In this document: positions 9,887-19,095 of the stretch, one piece after another
How positions within the stretch are numbered: position 1 is the stretch's first letter
Layout: each line of letters begins with the position of its first letter
NCBI GenBank assembly: GCA_963828255.1
Contig: CAWHDZ010000007.1
Location: 160,001-224,000, forward strand
Length of the DNA stretch: 64,000 nt
From: an uncultured delta proteobacterium
Lineage (GTDB): Bacteria > Myxococcota > Myxococcia > Myxococcales > Anaeromyxobacteraceae
Reading direction: 5' to 3'
Translations under genes and position numbers: made by a program
The notes under the pieces: model-generated
Seen by the model: only the letters and a program-made list of their open reading frames with translations
Told to the model about the DNA's origin: nothing
The model's database searches: none

Positions 9887-10132
9887 TCACTCCTTCTTCT
9901 TCAGCCGCGGCTCGTTCTCCTTGATGAAGGCACGGATGTCTTCGGCCAGGTCGAGGAGCTTCGTCCACTGCTCCTGGTAGAGCGTGACCGGGAAGCGGCC
10001 GAGGCCGTACACCGACACGCCCCCTTTCTCGCTGACCTTCATGGAGACGCCCTTGCTGCCCCGGGCCTTGAGGGCGGCGTTCTCGGCCTTCAGGCGCTCC
10101 AGTTCGGCTTGCATCTCGGATTCGGTGGGCAT
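9887..10132 (-). CDS. Conserved small hypothetical protein (81 aa)
   Basis: Coiled-coil N-terminus then KVSEKGGVSVYGLGRFPVTLYxEQW. Confidence 0.75.
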   Translation of the reverse strand: MPTESEMQAELERLKAENAALKARGSKGVSMKVSEKGGVSVYGLGRFPVTLYQEQWTKLLDLAEDIRAFIKENEPRLKKKE

Positions 10133-10240
10133 GGTTCCCAGCATATCCACGGAGGCTGACGCAATATCCGGATCGCAACCGATTGACATGCCCAGGATCA
10201 CGATGCATCGTACCGCTAGGTATTGGTCATGACGCGCGCG

Positions 10241-10621
10241 ATGGACATCGGAAAGGACCTGGTCGCGGCATCCTCGACGCCGCTCATCCTCTCGATCCTG
10301 GCCGACGGCGAGACCTACGGCTACGCCATCGTGAAGAGGGTGGGCGAGCTGTCCGACGGCACGATCCAGTGGACCGAGGGGATGCTCTATCCCCTCCTGC
10401 ACCGACTGGAGCGGCAAGGGCACATCGAAGGTCGGTGGGGCGCGGCGGAGAGCGGCCGGAAGCGGAAGTATTACCGGATCACGGGATCGGGCAAGGCGCA
10501 CCTGGCGGAGCAGCGGCGGCAGTGGCAGGCGGTCGACGACGCCCTCCGGAACGTCTGGCGAGCGGTGTCGCTCACTGCCGGACCGGCGGGACTGGCCCGG
10601 GCGCCATCCGGGAGAGGGTGA
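10241..10621 (+). CDS. PadR-family transcriptional regulator
   Basis: YGYAI...EGMLYPLLHRLE...RKRKYYRIT; TTGACA at 10183 upstream. Confidence 0.9.
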   Translation: MDIGKDLVAASSTPLILSILADGETYGYAIVKRVGELSDGTIQWTEGMLYPLLHRLERQGHIEGRWGAAESGRKRKYYRITGSGKAHLAEQRRQWQAVDDALRNVWRAVSLTAGPAGLARAPSGRG

Positions 10622-10622
10622 C

Positions 10623-11993
10623 GTGGCGACGACGGTCAGCGGCGGCGCGCTGGAGGCGCAGATCGCGGAGTGGCGGTCGTTTCTCCGGCGACGCCAGGCC
10701 ATCCGGGAGGTGGACGTCGCGGAGCTGGAAGACCACCTGCGCGGTCAGCTGGACGCCCTGAAGGGCGCCGGGCTGGCCGAGGACGAGGCCTTCCTGGTGG
10801 CGGTGAAGCGCATGGGCGCCGTGGACGCGCTGTCGCAGGAGTTCGCGCGGGAGCACTCGGACCGGCTGTGGCGGCAGCTCATGGCCACGCCGGGCGCGGC
10901 GGCGGAGGGATCGGGGAGGAGGCGGAGGGAGGCGGTCGTCGCGTTCGCGCTGGCGGTCGCCGCCGCCGTGCTGGTCAAGCTACCCGTGATGTTCGGGTAC
11001 CTCCTCGAGTCGCACCGCGGGTTCTACGCCCGCAACGCCAGCCTGGCGGTGTTCCCGCTGGTGGCGGCGTACTTCGCGTGGAAGCGGGACCTTCCGGGGC
11101 GGACGGCCGGGTCGCTCGCCGCGGCCTTCCTGCTGGCGGCGCTCGTGGTCAACCTCTACCCGTTCGAGCCCCGCAGCAACACGGAGCTGCTGGCGGTTCT
11201 GCACCTCCCGATCGCGCTCTGGATCGCGGTGGGCGTCGCCTACGCCGGTGGGCGCTGGTCGGACGGGGGGCGGAGGATGGACTTCGTCCGCTTCACCGGC
11301 GAGCTGTTCATCTACTTCGTGCTGATGGCGCTCGGCGGCGGGGTGCTGACGGGGTTCACGCTGGGGATCTTCGCGAGCATCGGGGCGGACGCGGAGTGGT
11401 TCGTCCAGGGGTGGCTGCTCCCGTGCGGCGCGGCCGGTGCGGTGCTCGTCGCGTCGTGGCTCGTCGAGGCGAAGCAGAGCGTCATCGAGAACATGGCGCC
11501 GGTGCTGGGGAGACTGTTCGCGCCGCTCTTCGCCGCGGTGCTCCTGACCTTCCTCGCGACCATGCTCTGGACGGGGAGGGGGATCGACGTCGAGCGCAAC
11601 GTGCTCATCGCCTTCGACCTCCTGCTGGTCCTGGTGCTCGGCCTGCTCCTTTATTCCATCTCTGCGCGAGACTCCGACGCGCCCCCCGGGGGATTCGACT
11701 GGCTGCTCGTGCTGCTGCTGGTGAGCGCCCTCCTGGTCGACGCGCTGGCGCTGGCCGCGATCGTGGGCCGGATCTCCGGCTTCGGCTTCACGCCGAATCG
11801 CGTGGCGGCGCTCGGGGAGAACCTGATCCTGCTCGTCAACCTGGCCTGGTCGGCCTGGCTCTACGGGCGGTTCCTGCGCGGGCCAGGGTCGTTCCGGGCG
11901 CTCCTGGCGTGGCAGACCGGCTACCTGCCGGTGTTCGCGGCGTGGGCGGCGATCGTGGTCGTGATCTTCCCGCTCCTGTTCCGCTTCGCGTGA
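10623..11993 (+). CDS. Permease-prefix-domain membrane protein
   Basis: ELEDHL...EDEAFLVAVKRMG N-terminal domain plus many TM helices; typical PadR partner. Confidence 0.8.
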   Translation: MATTVSGGALEAQIAEWRSFLRRRQAIREVDVAELEDHLRGQLDALKGAGLAEDEAFLVAVKRMGAVDALSQEFAREHSDRLWRQLMATPGAAAEGSGRRRREAVVAFALAVAAAVLVKLPVMFGYLLESHRGFYARNASLAVFPLVAAYFAWKRDLPGRTAGSLAAAFLLAALVVNLYPFEPRSNTELLAVLHLPIALWIAVGVAYAGGRWSDGGRRMDFVRFTGELFIYFVLMALGGGVLTGFTLGIFASIGADAEWFVQGWLLPCGAAGAVLVASWLVEAKQSVIENMAPVLGRLFAPLFAAVLLTFLATMLWTGRGIDVERNVLIAFDLLLVLVLGLLLYSISARDSDAPPGGFDWLLVLLLVSALLVDALALAAIVGRISGFGFTPNRVAALGENLILLVNLAWSAWLYGRFLRGPGSFRALLAWQTGYLPVFAAWAAIVVVIFPLLFRFA

Positions 11994-12063
11994 ACGGGGC
12001 GACCCAGGCGGGGAGGGCGGGTCCGCGTCGGGCGGCCCCCGCGGACTCCCCGCCGCTCATCGC

Positions 12064-12528
12064 TCAGTGCAGGGAACCACCCGGCTTCGACGGCAGGAAC
12101 CCGTAGGGGCGCGCGTCGAGCCACCGCCACTCCGCTCCTTGCCGGCGGGCGAGGATGACCGTGTGCAGCTTCATGGTGCCGATGGTCCCGTCGGGCAAGC
12201 GCGCGCCCTTGATGGCGTGGTCCATGTCGAGCAGGGCGAGGTCGCGTCCGAGCATGCGGCCGGTCTCGATCGTGAACGTGGACGCGGTCCCTCGGAGGAA
12301 CTGGTCCACATCCTCTGCGAAGACCTTCTCCACGCCGGAGCGGCCCGTCCCCCTGTTCCCGGTCGGGCCGATCAGCGTTCCGTCGGACTCCCAGAAGGAG
12401 GCGACCTCCTTCACGTCGGCCCGGTTGAACGCGGTGTTGAACCTCTGGCATGTTTCGGCAAGGGACTGCTCGATGGTTGGCGTCGGGACCTGCGGAGTTG
12501 AACCGGACTGCGTGGACACGGTTGCCAT
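12064..12528 (-). CDS. NTF2/SnoaL-like (SgcJ/EcaC, DUF4440) protein
   Basis: FNTAFNRAD...FWESDGTLIGPTG...GRSGVE; AAGGAG RBS before ATG 12528. Confidence 0.7.
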   Translation of the reverse strand: MATVSTQSGSTPQVPTPTIEQSLAETCQRFNTAFNRADVKEVASFWESDGTLIGPTGNRGTGRSGVEKVFAEDVDQFLRGTASTFTIETGRMLGRDLALLDMDHAIKGARLPDGTIGTMKLHTVILARRQGAEWRWLDARPYGFLPSKPGGSLH

Positions 12529-12661
12529 GTGCTTCTCCTTTCCGAACGGCACGCTCCCTCCCAGGTGCGGCCAGGGCAGCAACTACCGCCGGCCGGCTCG
12601 ATCTCAAGCCGATCACGGAGCAGGACTCCGCTCTTCCGGGGCGTAATCAGCTTCTTGTCCA

Positions 12662-13903
12662 CTACAGGGCGCGCTCCGCCGCCGCGAGCCTCGACCCGAG
12701 CGCCGCCTTGAGCGCCGGGGCCACCCGCCGCCCCAGGCGTACATCGGGCGTGCCGTGCCAGCGGGCGCTGGACGTGATCGCATCGGCCAGGTCGCCGAGC
12801 AACGCCGGCCCGGCCTCCATCCCGGGCTCCAGGTGCAGCGCCTTCACCTCGAAGACGCCGCGGGCCCGGTGGGCCTTGGCGTCGAGCCGACCCACCAGTG
12901 CCCCGCGTCGCAGGACGGGCAGGGCGAAGTAGCCGTGGCGCCGCTTGCGGGCCGGAACGTAGCACTCCAGCCGGTAGTCGAAGCCGAACATGGCGAGCGC
13001 CCGCTCCCGGTCCCAGACCACCGGGTCGAATGGCGAGAGGAGCGCGGTGTGCGTGGCCTCGAGCTTCCCGTCAGCAGCGCGGCGCAGGAGCGCGGCATGG
13101 TCGCGGTGGACGAAGCCGGGCGTCTTCCAGCCCCGGACGCGGACTTCCAGCAGCCGCCCCGCCTCGACCAGCGGGCGCAGGTCCCCTCGGGTGAGCCTCG
13201 GCCGGGTGCGGAAGTAGTCATGGACCCAGCGCGCCTGCGTCACGCCGAGCGCCCGCACAGACTTCTCGATCACCGTCAGCCGCGCCTCGGCCTCGTCCGG
13301 TGGCGTCCGGCTCGCCGCGGCCGGCAGCACCCTTTCCGTGAGGTCGTAGACCCGCTGGAACTTCTCGCGCCGCGCCACCATCAACTCGCCGAGCGCCAGC
13401 CACGCCTCCAGCCACTCCTTCTCCCTCTTCCAGCCCCACCACCCGGTGTGGCGCGGCCTCTCGCTCGTGAAGTCCGAGGTCTTGACCGGCCCTCGCCGAC
13501 GGACCTCCTCGAGCAGAGCCGTCATCCCCTCCCGCTCGTCGGCGAGGGATCCCCGGGCCCGGCGGACGGCCCAGTGCTGGCTCGTCGACAGCAGACGCCG
13601 GTGCAGCCCGTGGTCCTCGACCGGCGCCAGGCACGCCTCGTGGGCCCAGGTCTCGAAGATCGCCCCCCCGGCAAGCAGCTCGTCGAGCCACTCGGGCTGG
13701 TAGTCCCCCAGCCGGGCGTGCAGGACGAGATGGTGGCTTCGGGCGACGACGTGGATGGTGTCGAGTTGCAGCAGCGCCATCCGGCGGACGGTGGCCAGCA
13801 CGTCCTTGGGTCGGGCCACCCGGGCCGGCCGCGTGAGCAGCCCCTGGGCCGCGAGGTGGATCAACCGGACCTGGGCAGCGGTGAGGGTCGGTAGGGGCGC
13901 CAT
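12662..13903 (-). CDS. ycaQ: YcaQ/AlkZ-like (HTH_42) crosslink-repair DNA glycosylase
   Basis: LQLDTIHVVARSH, LLSPFDPVVWDRER, YRLECYVP..KR.HGYF motifs. Confidence 0.85.
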   Translation of the reverse strand: MAPLPTLTAAQVRLIHLAAQGLLTRPARVARPKDVLATVRRMALLQLDTIHVVARSHHLVLHARLGDYQPEWLDELLAGGAIFETWAHEACLAPVEDHGLHRRLLSTSQHWAVRRARGSLADEREGMTALLEEVRRRGPVKTSDFTSERPRHTGWWGWKREKEWLEAWLALGELMVARREKFQRVYDLTERVLPAAASRTPPDEAEARLTVIEKSVRALGVTQARWVHDYFRTRPRLTRGDLRPLVEAGRLLEVRVRGWKTPGFVHRDHAALLRRAADGKLEATHTALLSPFDPVVWDRERALAMFGFDYRLECYVPARKRRHGYFALPVLRRGALVGRLDAKAHRARGVFEVKALHLEPGMEAGPALLGDLADAITSSARWHGTPDVRLGRRVAPALKAALGSRLAAAERAL

Positions 13904-14100
13904 GGAGCTTCGAGAACCTACACCGGGAGTCCGACGGAGCCGATCGAGCTTCAGATCCGCTCGCGCCCCAGACGGACCCCCGAGATCAACCCGGCATCCT
14001 CCATCACCCCGGGTGCTTGGTCACCGCCTGGCGGGTCTCGTCGCCAAGGGCGGCGAACACCGGGGAGAACCCTTTCAGGCCGCTGGCAGCCGCGCTGGGG

Positions 14101-14595
14101 CTACGCGACACGGGCGAGGTACAGCTCGATCAGCTGGCTTCCCACGTCCCAGCACACGTCGTCGGCGGCAAGGGCAGCCACCCGGCGCTCGAGGGGGATC
14201 CGATCGAAGCCCGATTCGGTCACCGTCAGCAACACTCCGCCCGGGGCCTCGGCGAGGGTGAAGACGACCAGGGTGGTGGGCTCCTTCGCGTAGTCGACCC
14301 TGGGGTCGATCGCGAACGGATGCCAGCGGAAGGAGAAGAGCGTCTCCGGCTCGATCCGATCGATCGCGATCTCGATGGGCTGCCCCTCGAAGGGCTTCTG
14401 GTTCTTCGCCACCTCCAGGTGGACCTGGGTGGGCGCGAGGACGCCGCTGATCGGCTTGCCGGCCTCGAACGGCCGGTCGAACTCGAGCCCGAACCAGATC
14501 CCGAACTCCTTCGAGTCGGACAGCGCCTTCCACACCCGCGAACGCGGCGCGCGCAGCAGGATCTTCTTCTCGATGCAGTCCGTGCCCATGCGCAA
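14101..14595 (-). CDS. SRPBCC/Aha1 domain protein
   Basis: IEKKILLRAPRSRVWKAL...FSFRWHP...TVTESGFD. Confidence 0.85.
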   Translation of the reverse strand: MRMGTDCIEKKILLRAPRSRVWKALSDSKEFGIWFGLEFDRPFEAGKPISGVLAPTQVHLEVAKNQKPFEGQPIEIAIDRIEPETLFSFRWHPFAIDPRVDYAKEPTTLVVFTLAEAPGGVLLTVTESGFDRIPLERRVAALAADDVCWDVGSQLIELYLARVA

Positions 14596-14611
14596 CCTCC
14601 AGGGTGCATGT

Positions 14612-16093
14612 TTAGCCTGTGAGGGAACCCTCCGGACCTTCGTCCACGAACACCAGCACCGGTTCGATGAGGCTCACCAGGCGCTCCTGGGTCGATGCCG
14701 GTGGATCCCGGTGAGCCTTGCGAATGTCCTGGAATGTCCGGTTGAAGTCCCGTCGCCGTTCGCGAGCGAGAGCAAGGGCCGGGTGCTCACGCGGACTGCC
14801 ACCTTCCACTCGAACGCTTCCTCGCGTTGCGTGGGAACGGCGGACGACGGACTCGAAATGGAGCAGGGCCCGGTCGAGGAGGATCCAGGGGAAGTTCTCC
14901 CCGATGTGGGGGCCGATCACGAAGCGTGGCGCCTGGGGATCTCCAGAGAGCTTCTCCCACAGCCGCTTCCCGGTGCCCATGACGCCCCCGTCGTGTGCAC
15001 GAATGCGCGGGCGTGCAATTCGAATTGCCGCAGCGCCGCCCCCGAGAATTCCACCGATCGCCGCCGCACCTCCCAGGCTGTGACCGCCGACCGCGACGTC
15101 CACCACGGCTCCCGTGGCGGCCCCGCCCGCAGCGCCGAGCATGACGAGTTGCTGGGGAGACAACCCCAGCTCCTTCCAGACGTTCTCGGCGAATAGATCC
15201 TGCTCGTAGGTTGGCTTCTCGATCTCCTCGGAGTGGAACTCGCCGGGCTTGAACCCGTAAAGGCGTTCGATCGTCGCTTGAGATTGCCTCTCCCGATCCC
15301 GGAGGGCCTCATGAAACCGGGCCTCCAGCGCTTCGCGCATGGCGTCGAGTGACTTCTCATCCTTCGCCACGATCTCATCGGCATACGTGAGGTTCTCGAG
15401 CAGCATGCGAGCGACGGCCACGGCAGCGTCATGCCTGCGCAGCCGGCGCTCTTCGCCGATCGCCTCGCGAAATGACCGGGCGGCGCTGGCCAGGTCGGGA
15501 TGGAGGAGACCGATCGCTTCGATCAAGTCCAGGCGTTCTTCGGTCGAGGCCCTGTGCGATCCGAAGCGCCGCACGACGGGAAAGTACCTGCGCAACGCCG
15601 CTTCCCATTCGGATGAATGGTCCGGCCCTGTGCTCGTGGTCCGGTTGACGACGGCGAGGCCAGGGCGGCCGACCCACCGAAGCAGCGCCATCTCCGCTTC
15701 GGCGTTGGGGCGGAAGGGGCGCGAACCGTCCACGACCAGGACGAACCACCCCTCCGATGCCAGGACGGAAAGCGCCAGGACCTCTTCCCGGAACTCCTCT
15801 CCGCTCGCGAATTGCTTCAGGAAGGCGGAAAGGCCTTGCGCAGGGTCGGACGGGTCGGTGGAGAGGTGCTCGCTGGCGACTTGCAGTGCCCGGGAGGCTT
15901 CCTGCAACCCCGGAGTGTCCAGCAGACGGAGGTGCACCCTGCCCCCCGCCTCGATGCCGACCTCTCGCGGTTCAGTCGTGGTGAACGGGCGCGCATCCAC
16001 TTCAACGTCGGCAACGGCGGCAAGTGCGGCCACGACGCTCGACTTGCCAACGTTCGGTCGCCCGAGGACGACGACGAGAGGAGCACTGCTCAT
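14612..16093 (-). CDS. GTPase with DUF3482 domain
   Basis: G1 GRPNVGKSS, G3 DTPG, G4 VVNR; glycine-zipper C-terminal region. Confidence 0.8.
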   Translation of the reverse strand: MSSAPLVVVLGRPNVGKSSVVAALAAVADVEVDARPFTTTEPREVGIEAGGRVHLRLLDTPGLQEASRALQVASEHLSTDPSDPAQGLSAFLKQFASGEEFREEVLALSVLASEGWFVLVVDGSRPFRPNAEAEMALLRWVGRPGLAVVNRTTSTGPDHSSEWEAALRRYFPVVRRFGSHRASTEERLDLIEAIGLLHPDLASAARSFREAIGEERRLRRHDAAVAVARMLLENLTYADEIVAKDEKSLDAMREALEARFHEALRDRERQSQATIERLYGFKPGEFHSEEIEKPTYEQDLFAENVWKELGLSPQQLVMLGAAGGAATGAVVDVAVGGHSLGGAAAIGGILGGGAAAIRIARPRIRAHDGGVMGTGKRLWEKLSGDPQAPRFVIGPHIGENFPWILLDRALLHFESVVRRSHATRGSVRVEGGSPREHPALALARERRRDFNRTFQDIRKAHRDPPASTQERLVSLIEPVLVFVDEGPEGSLTG

Positions 16094-17526
16094 GGCAGGA
16101 CCTCCAGGGGCTCCGCCCTGATGTACGGGTCCCCCAGCCTTCGCACGAAGTCATTCCAGAGTGCGACGTCTTCGGAACGTGGCGATCCCGGGCCGGACTC
16201 CGTCACCGAGGCCAGAAGAACCCGAATGTCGGTCGTGGGACTGGTCGCTGCCCTTGCGGCGAGGAGAAACCGGGCCAGCGCCCTGTCGGGAGGCTCGAAG
16301 ACCTCGGCGAGCAGGATGAGGGGGCGGTGCTCGGGCCTGCCTCCAAGGACCAGGTCGGCGCCGCCCTCATATGGGAACGCGCCAGCCGACAGCGTTCGGT
16401 GAATCGAGAGCCCGAGTGCGCGGCGAAGCCAGAGCTCGACCTCCTGCGTGCTGACTGCATCCCGCCAGCGCACCAGGTCGCACGTGGCTTCCAAGGGAAC
16501 GCTCGCCGAGCCGTCGTCCACCAGACCCAGGAGCCTGCGCAGCGTGCTCTTGGAGTCCGGGTCGTCAAAGGGAAGGCGAGCGAGTCGCCACCGGAACTGA
16601 CCGACTGCAGTGCCTAGGGCAAGGAGTCTTGGAAGGAGGCCGTACGTCACGAGCGCCGCGAGCAGGAAGGACCACCAACCCCCCGGGAGTTCGGGATGCA
16701 CTCCCCGGAGGTCAGCTGGAGCGACGTATTCCCCCGCCAGCCGCGAATACTGAGTGGCCTGGACCAGGAACAGGGACGGCGCCGCCTCGGGAACGATGCT
16801 CGACCATGGAAGGGCCAGGGCAGAGGTGATCCTGTGAAATCGTTCTGGAGAGAGCCAGGGGAGGGTGGTGCTCCAGTAGAAGGCGATGTCGGTGAAGAGC
16901 AGGTAGCCCAGTGCCCCGGAGACGGCCCCAAGGTTGAATGCGACCCCGAAGCTCTGGGTCAACTCGAGAAGGAGCCACGGCTGCAGGTGCGAATAGAGGC
17001 TTCGCCTCACGTGCAGGCGGCCAGCGAGCGCTTCCCACTGCCGGAGGATGCGACCTCGCCGAGTCGTCCACCCTGCCACCCTGCGAACAAGGGCAGCGAC
17101 GACCGCGAGGAACGGTCCCAGGTCGGTCTTGCCCCTTCCGATGCCCAGGACGACGGACGCCAGGAGCACGCCGAGCAGGATTGCTTGAGCGACGACGAAG
17201 ACGAGCAGGAAGTGCCAGACGTTGACGGGGCGACTGCCGTCGATGCCAAGCACGGCTGCAATGCTTCCCCACCCCAGGACCAGACCGACCAGGATCGCTC
17301 CGAACCGCACCAGCCGCACGGCCACCTCGACCTGGTGCCCCGGGAACGGGTCGGACCCCTGGGCGCGAAGTTGATCGAGCCAAGCGACGACGAGGCGGGC
17401 GGGACTTCCAGGAACCGTCGTGATGGATTGAAGGAGTTGCTTGTCCCTGGAGGCGAGTTGCTGCGTCGGACGAATCGTGTCCCGCGAGAGCTGGGTCTCG
17501 AAGTCTATGACATCGCGAAGTCTCAT
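16090..17526 (-). CDS. DUF2868 membrane protein
   Basis: DGSRPVNV, TDIAFYWSTTL, WWSFL..ALVTYGLLPR motifs; ATGA overlap with the GTPase; start inferred. Confidence 0.75.
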   Translation of the reverse strand: MRLRDVIDFETQLSRDTIRPTQQLASRDKQLLQSITTVPGSPARLVVAWLDQLRAQGSDPFPGHQVEVAVRLVRFGAILVGLVLGWGSIAAVLGIDGSRPVNVWHFLLVFVVAQAILLGVLLASVVLGIGRGKTDLGPFLAVVAALVRRVAGWTTRRGRILRQWEALAGRLHVRRSLYSHLQPWLLLELTQSFGVAFNLGAVSGALGYLLFTDIAFYWSTTLPWLSPERFHRITSALALPWSSIVPEAAPSLFLVQATQYSRLAGEYVAPADLRGVHPELPGGWWSFLLAALVTYGLLPRLLALGTAVGQFRWRLARLPFDDPDSKSTLRRLLGLVDDGSASVPLEATCDLVRWRDAVSTQEVELWLRRALGLSIHRTLSAGAFPYEGGADLVLGGRPEHRPLILLAEVFEPPDRALARFLLAARAATSPTTDIRVLLASVTESGPGSPRSEDVALWNDFVRRLGDPYIRAEPLEVLP

Positions 17527-17607
17527 CGGGGCGTCAGCGCAGCGACGGCGATCTTCTCGACGGCTGTTGACGCCCCCGGAACTTGCCAACATTCCTGGGG
17601 GACTTGA

Positions 17608-17951
17608 TGGAGGCGCGGGGAATCGAACCCCGGTCCGAAAGACTTCGTGCGACTGGCCCTACGCGCGTGTCCCGGAGAATTTACGTGATCGGCAACCTCC
17701 GGGCCTGCAACCGATCACGTTCTCGCCCTTACGTCTCGACCTGATCTAGGCGGCTCGCTTCCCGCTCAGGTCCAACCGGAGCTGACACCTGACCCCGCTA
17801 CCCGGTGCTCACGGGGGGATGCGCGGCACTTAGGCCGCGAGAGCCATGGGCTCGTTCGCGTTTCTGCGTGGTCGCCTTTTTACGTGGCCTGGTGACCAAC
17901 CACGGCGCGCGCCATGCGCCTTCTGTCCTCCGTCGAAGCCAGTTCGCCCCC
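17608..17951 (-). ncRNA. ssrA: tmRNA; tag peptide ANEPMALAA* at 17859-17830
   Basis: 5' GGGGGCG...GGCTTCGAC and 3' CCGGGGTTCGATTCCCCGCGCCTCCA form the Ala acceptor stem and T-arm; internal ORF ending ...LAA-TAA. Confidence 0.95.
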
Positions 17952-17973
17952 GATTGAACGACCTGCTCCGTGG

Positions 17974-18001
17974 AATATAGGCCCGGGGCGGACACGGTCA
18001 A
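17974..18001 (-). promoter_or_regulatory. Sigma70-type ssrA promoter TTGACC-N16-TATATT
   Basis: Consensus match 22 nt upstream of the mature 5' end. Confidence 0.7.
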
Positions 18002-18058
18002 GCCGGGCGGGCGAATGACACCGCCGGGACGGGCCTGTTAGCGTCTCGAGGGCACGCC

Positions 18059-18847
18059 ATGACCCCGTTCCGCATCGCGCTCGCGAATCTCCCCTATCCC
18101 TCGTCGCCCGCCGATTCGGTGGTGCGCGCCGAGGAGGCCATCGCCCAGGCGGCCGTGGAGGGGGCAGGCATGGTCTGCTTCCCGGAATGCTTCATTCCGG
18201 GTTACCGCTGGCCGGGGAAGACCGTACCACCGCACGACCCCGCCTTCCTGGAACGGGCGTGGGCCGCCGTGTCCGCCGCGGCGAGGCGGGCACGGGTCGG
18301 AGTCATCCTGGGGACCGAGCGGCAGGTCGGCGACGCGCTCCGGATCACGGCCATGGTCGTCGATCCCGATGGCGCGCTCCTGGGGTGGCAGGACAAGGTG
18401 CAACTCGATCCTTCCGAGGAGGGCATGTTCTCTCCCGGGACGGAGAGGAGGGTCTTCCAGGTTGGACCGTTGACCTTTGGCGTGGCCATCTGCCACGAGG
18501 GCTGGCGCTACCCGGAGACGGTCCGCTGGGCTGCCCGTCGCGGGGCACACGTGGTGTTCCATCCCCACTTCGGCGAGGCCGAGCCCGGAACGTACCGGCC
18601 GACGACCTTCGCCGATCCCGCCAACACCTTTCACGAGAAGGCCATCGCCTGCCGCGCCGCCGAGAACACCTGCTACGTCGCGTCGGTGAACTGTTCGAGC
18701 GAGGGATCTCCGACGACGTCGGCGGTGGCACGCCCGGACGGTTCGGTGCTGGCGTGGCAGCCCTACGGGAAGGCCGGGTTGCTCGTCGTCGATCTCGATC
18801 TCGACGACGCGACCGGGTTCCTCGCACGGCGCTGCCGGGAGCAGTGA
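18059..18847 (+). CDS. Carbon-nitrogen hydrolase (nitrilase family)
   Basis: FPEC, DKVQL, ICHEG catalytic E-K-C motifs. Confidence 0.85.
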   Translation: MTPFRIALANLPYPSSPADSVVRAEEAIAQAAVEGAGMVCFPECFIPGYRWPGKTVPPHDPAFLERAWAAVSAAARRARVGVILGTERQVGDALRITAMVVDPDGALLGWQDKVQLDPSEEGMFSPGTERRVFQVGPLTFGVAICHEGWRYPETVRWAARRGAHVVFHPHFGEAEPGTYRPTTFADPANTFHEKAIACRAAENTCYVASVNCSSEGSPTTSAVARPDGSVLAWQPYGKAGLLVVDLDLDDATGFLARRCREQ

Positions 18848-18859
18848 CCCAGACGCGGG

Positions 18860-19095
18860 CGATGGTCCGCGCCGCGGACCATCGGCCAGATGGGGCGTAG
18901 GGTTGACACGCATTTCGCGATGTCACGCTCCGGCGAACGAGGTGCGCGAGGAAGGCATCCGTCGCTGCCGCATCGGGCCGTGGTGCGGCGATCGATATTC
19001 CCGGCGAGGTTCGAAGATCTCCGCGGGAGAAGTCGCGTCAGCGGCGGTCCTCGTGCGTTTGGCGAGGGCGGAATTTCCCGTGAGACAGTGGATCC
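18860..19095 (+). ncRNA. Candidate structured RNA / element end upstream of HNH gene, copy A
   Basis: Colinear homology with 45263-45529; conserved hairpins with compensatory changes. Confidence 0.45.

Noticed and set aside
17608..17640. tRNA-like T-arm and acceptor end
   Set aside because: It is the 3' end of tmRNA, not a separate tRNA
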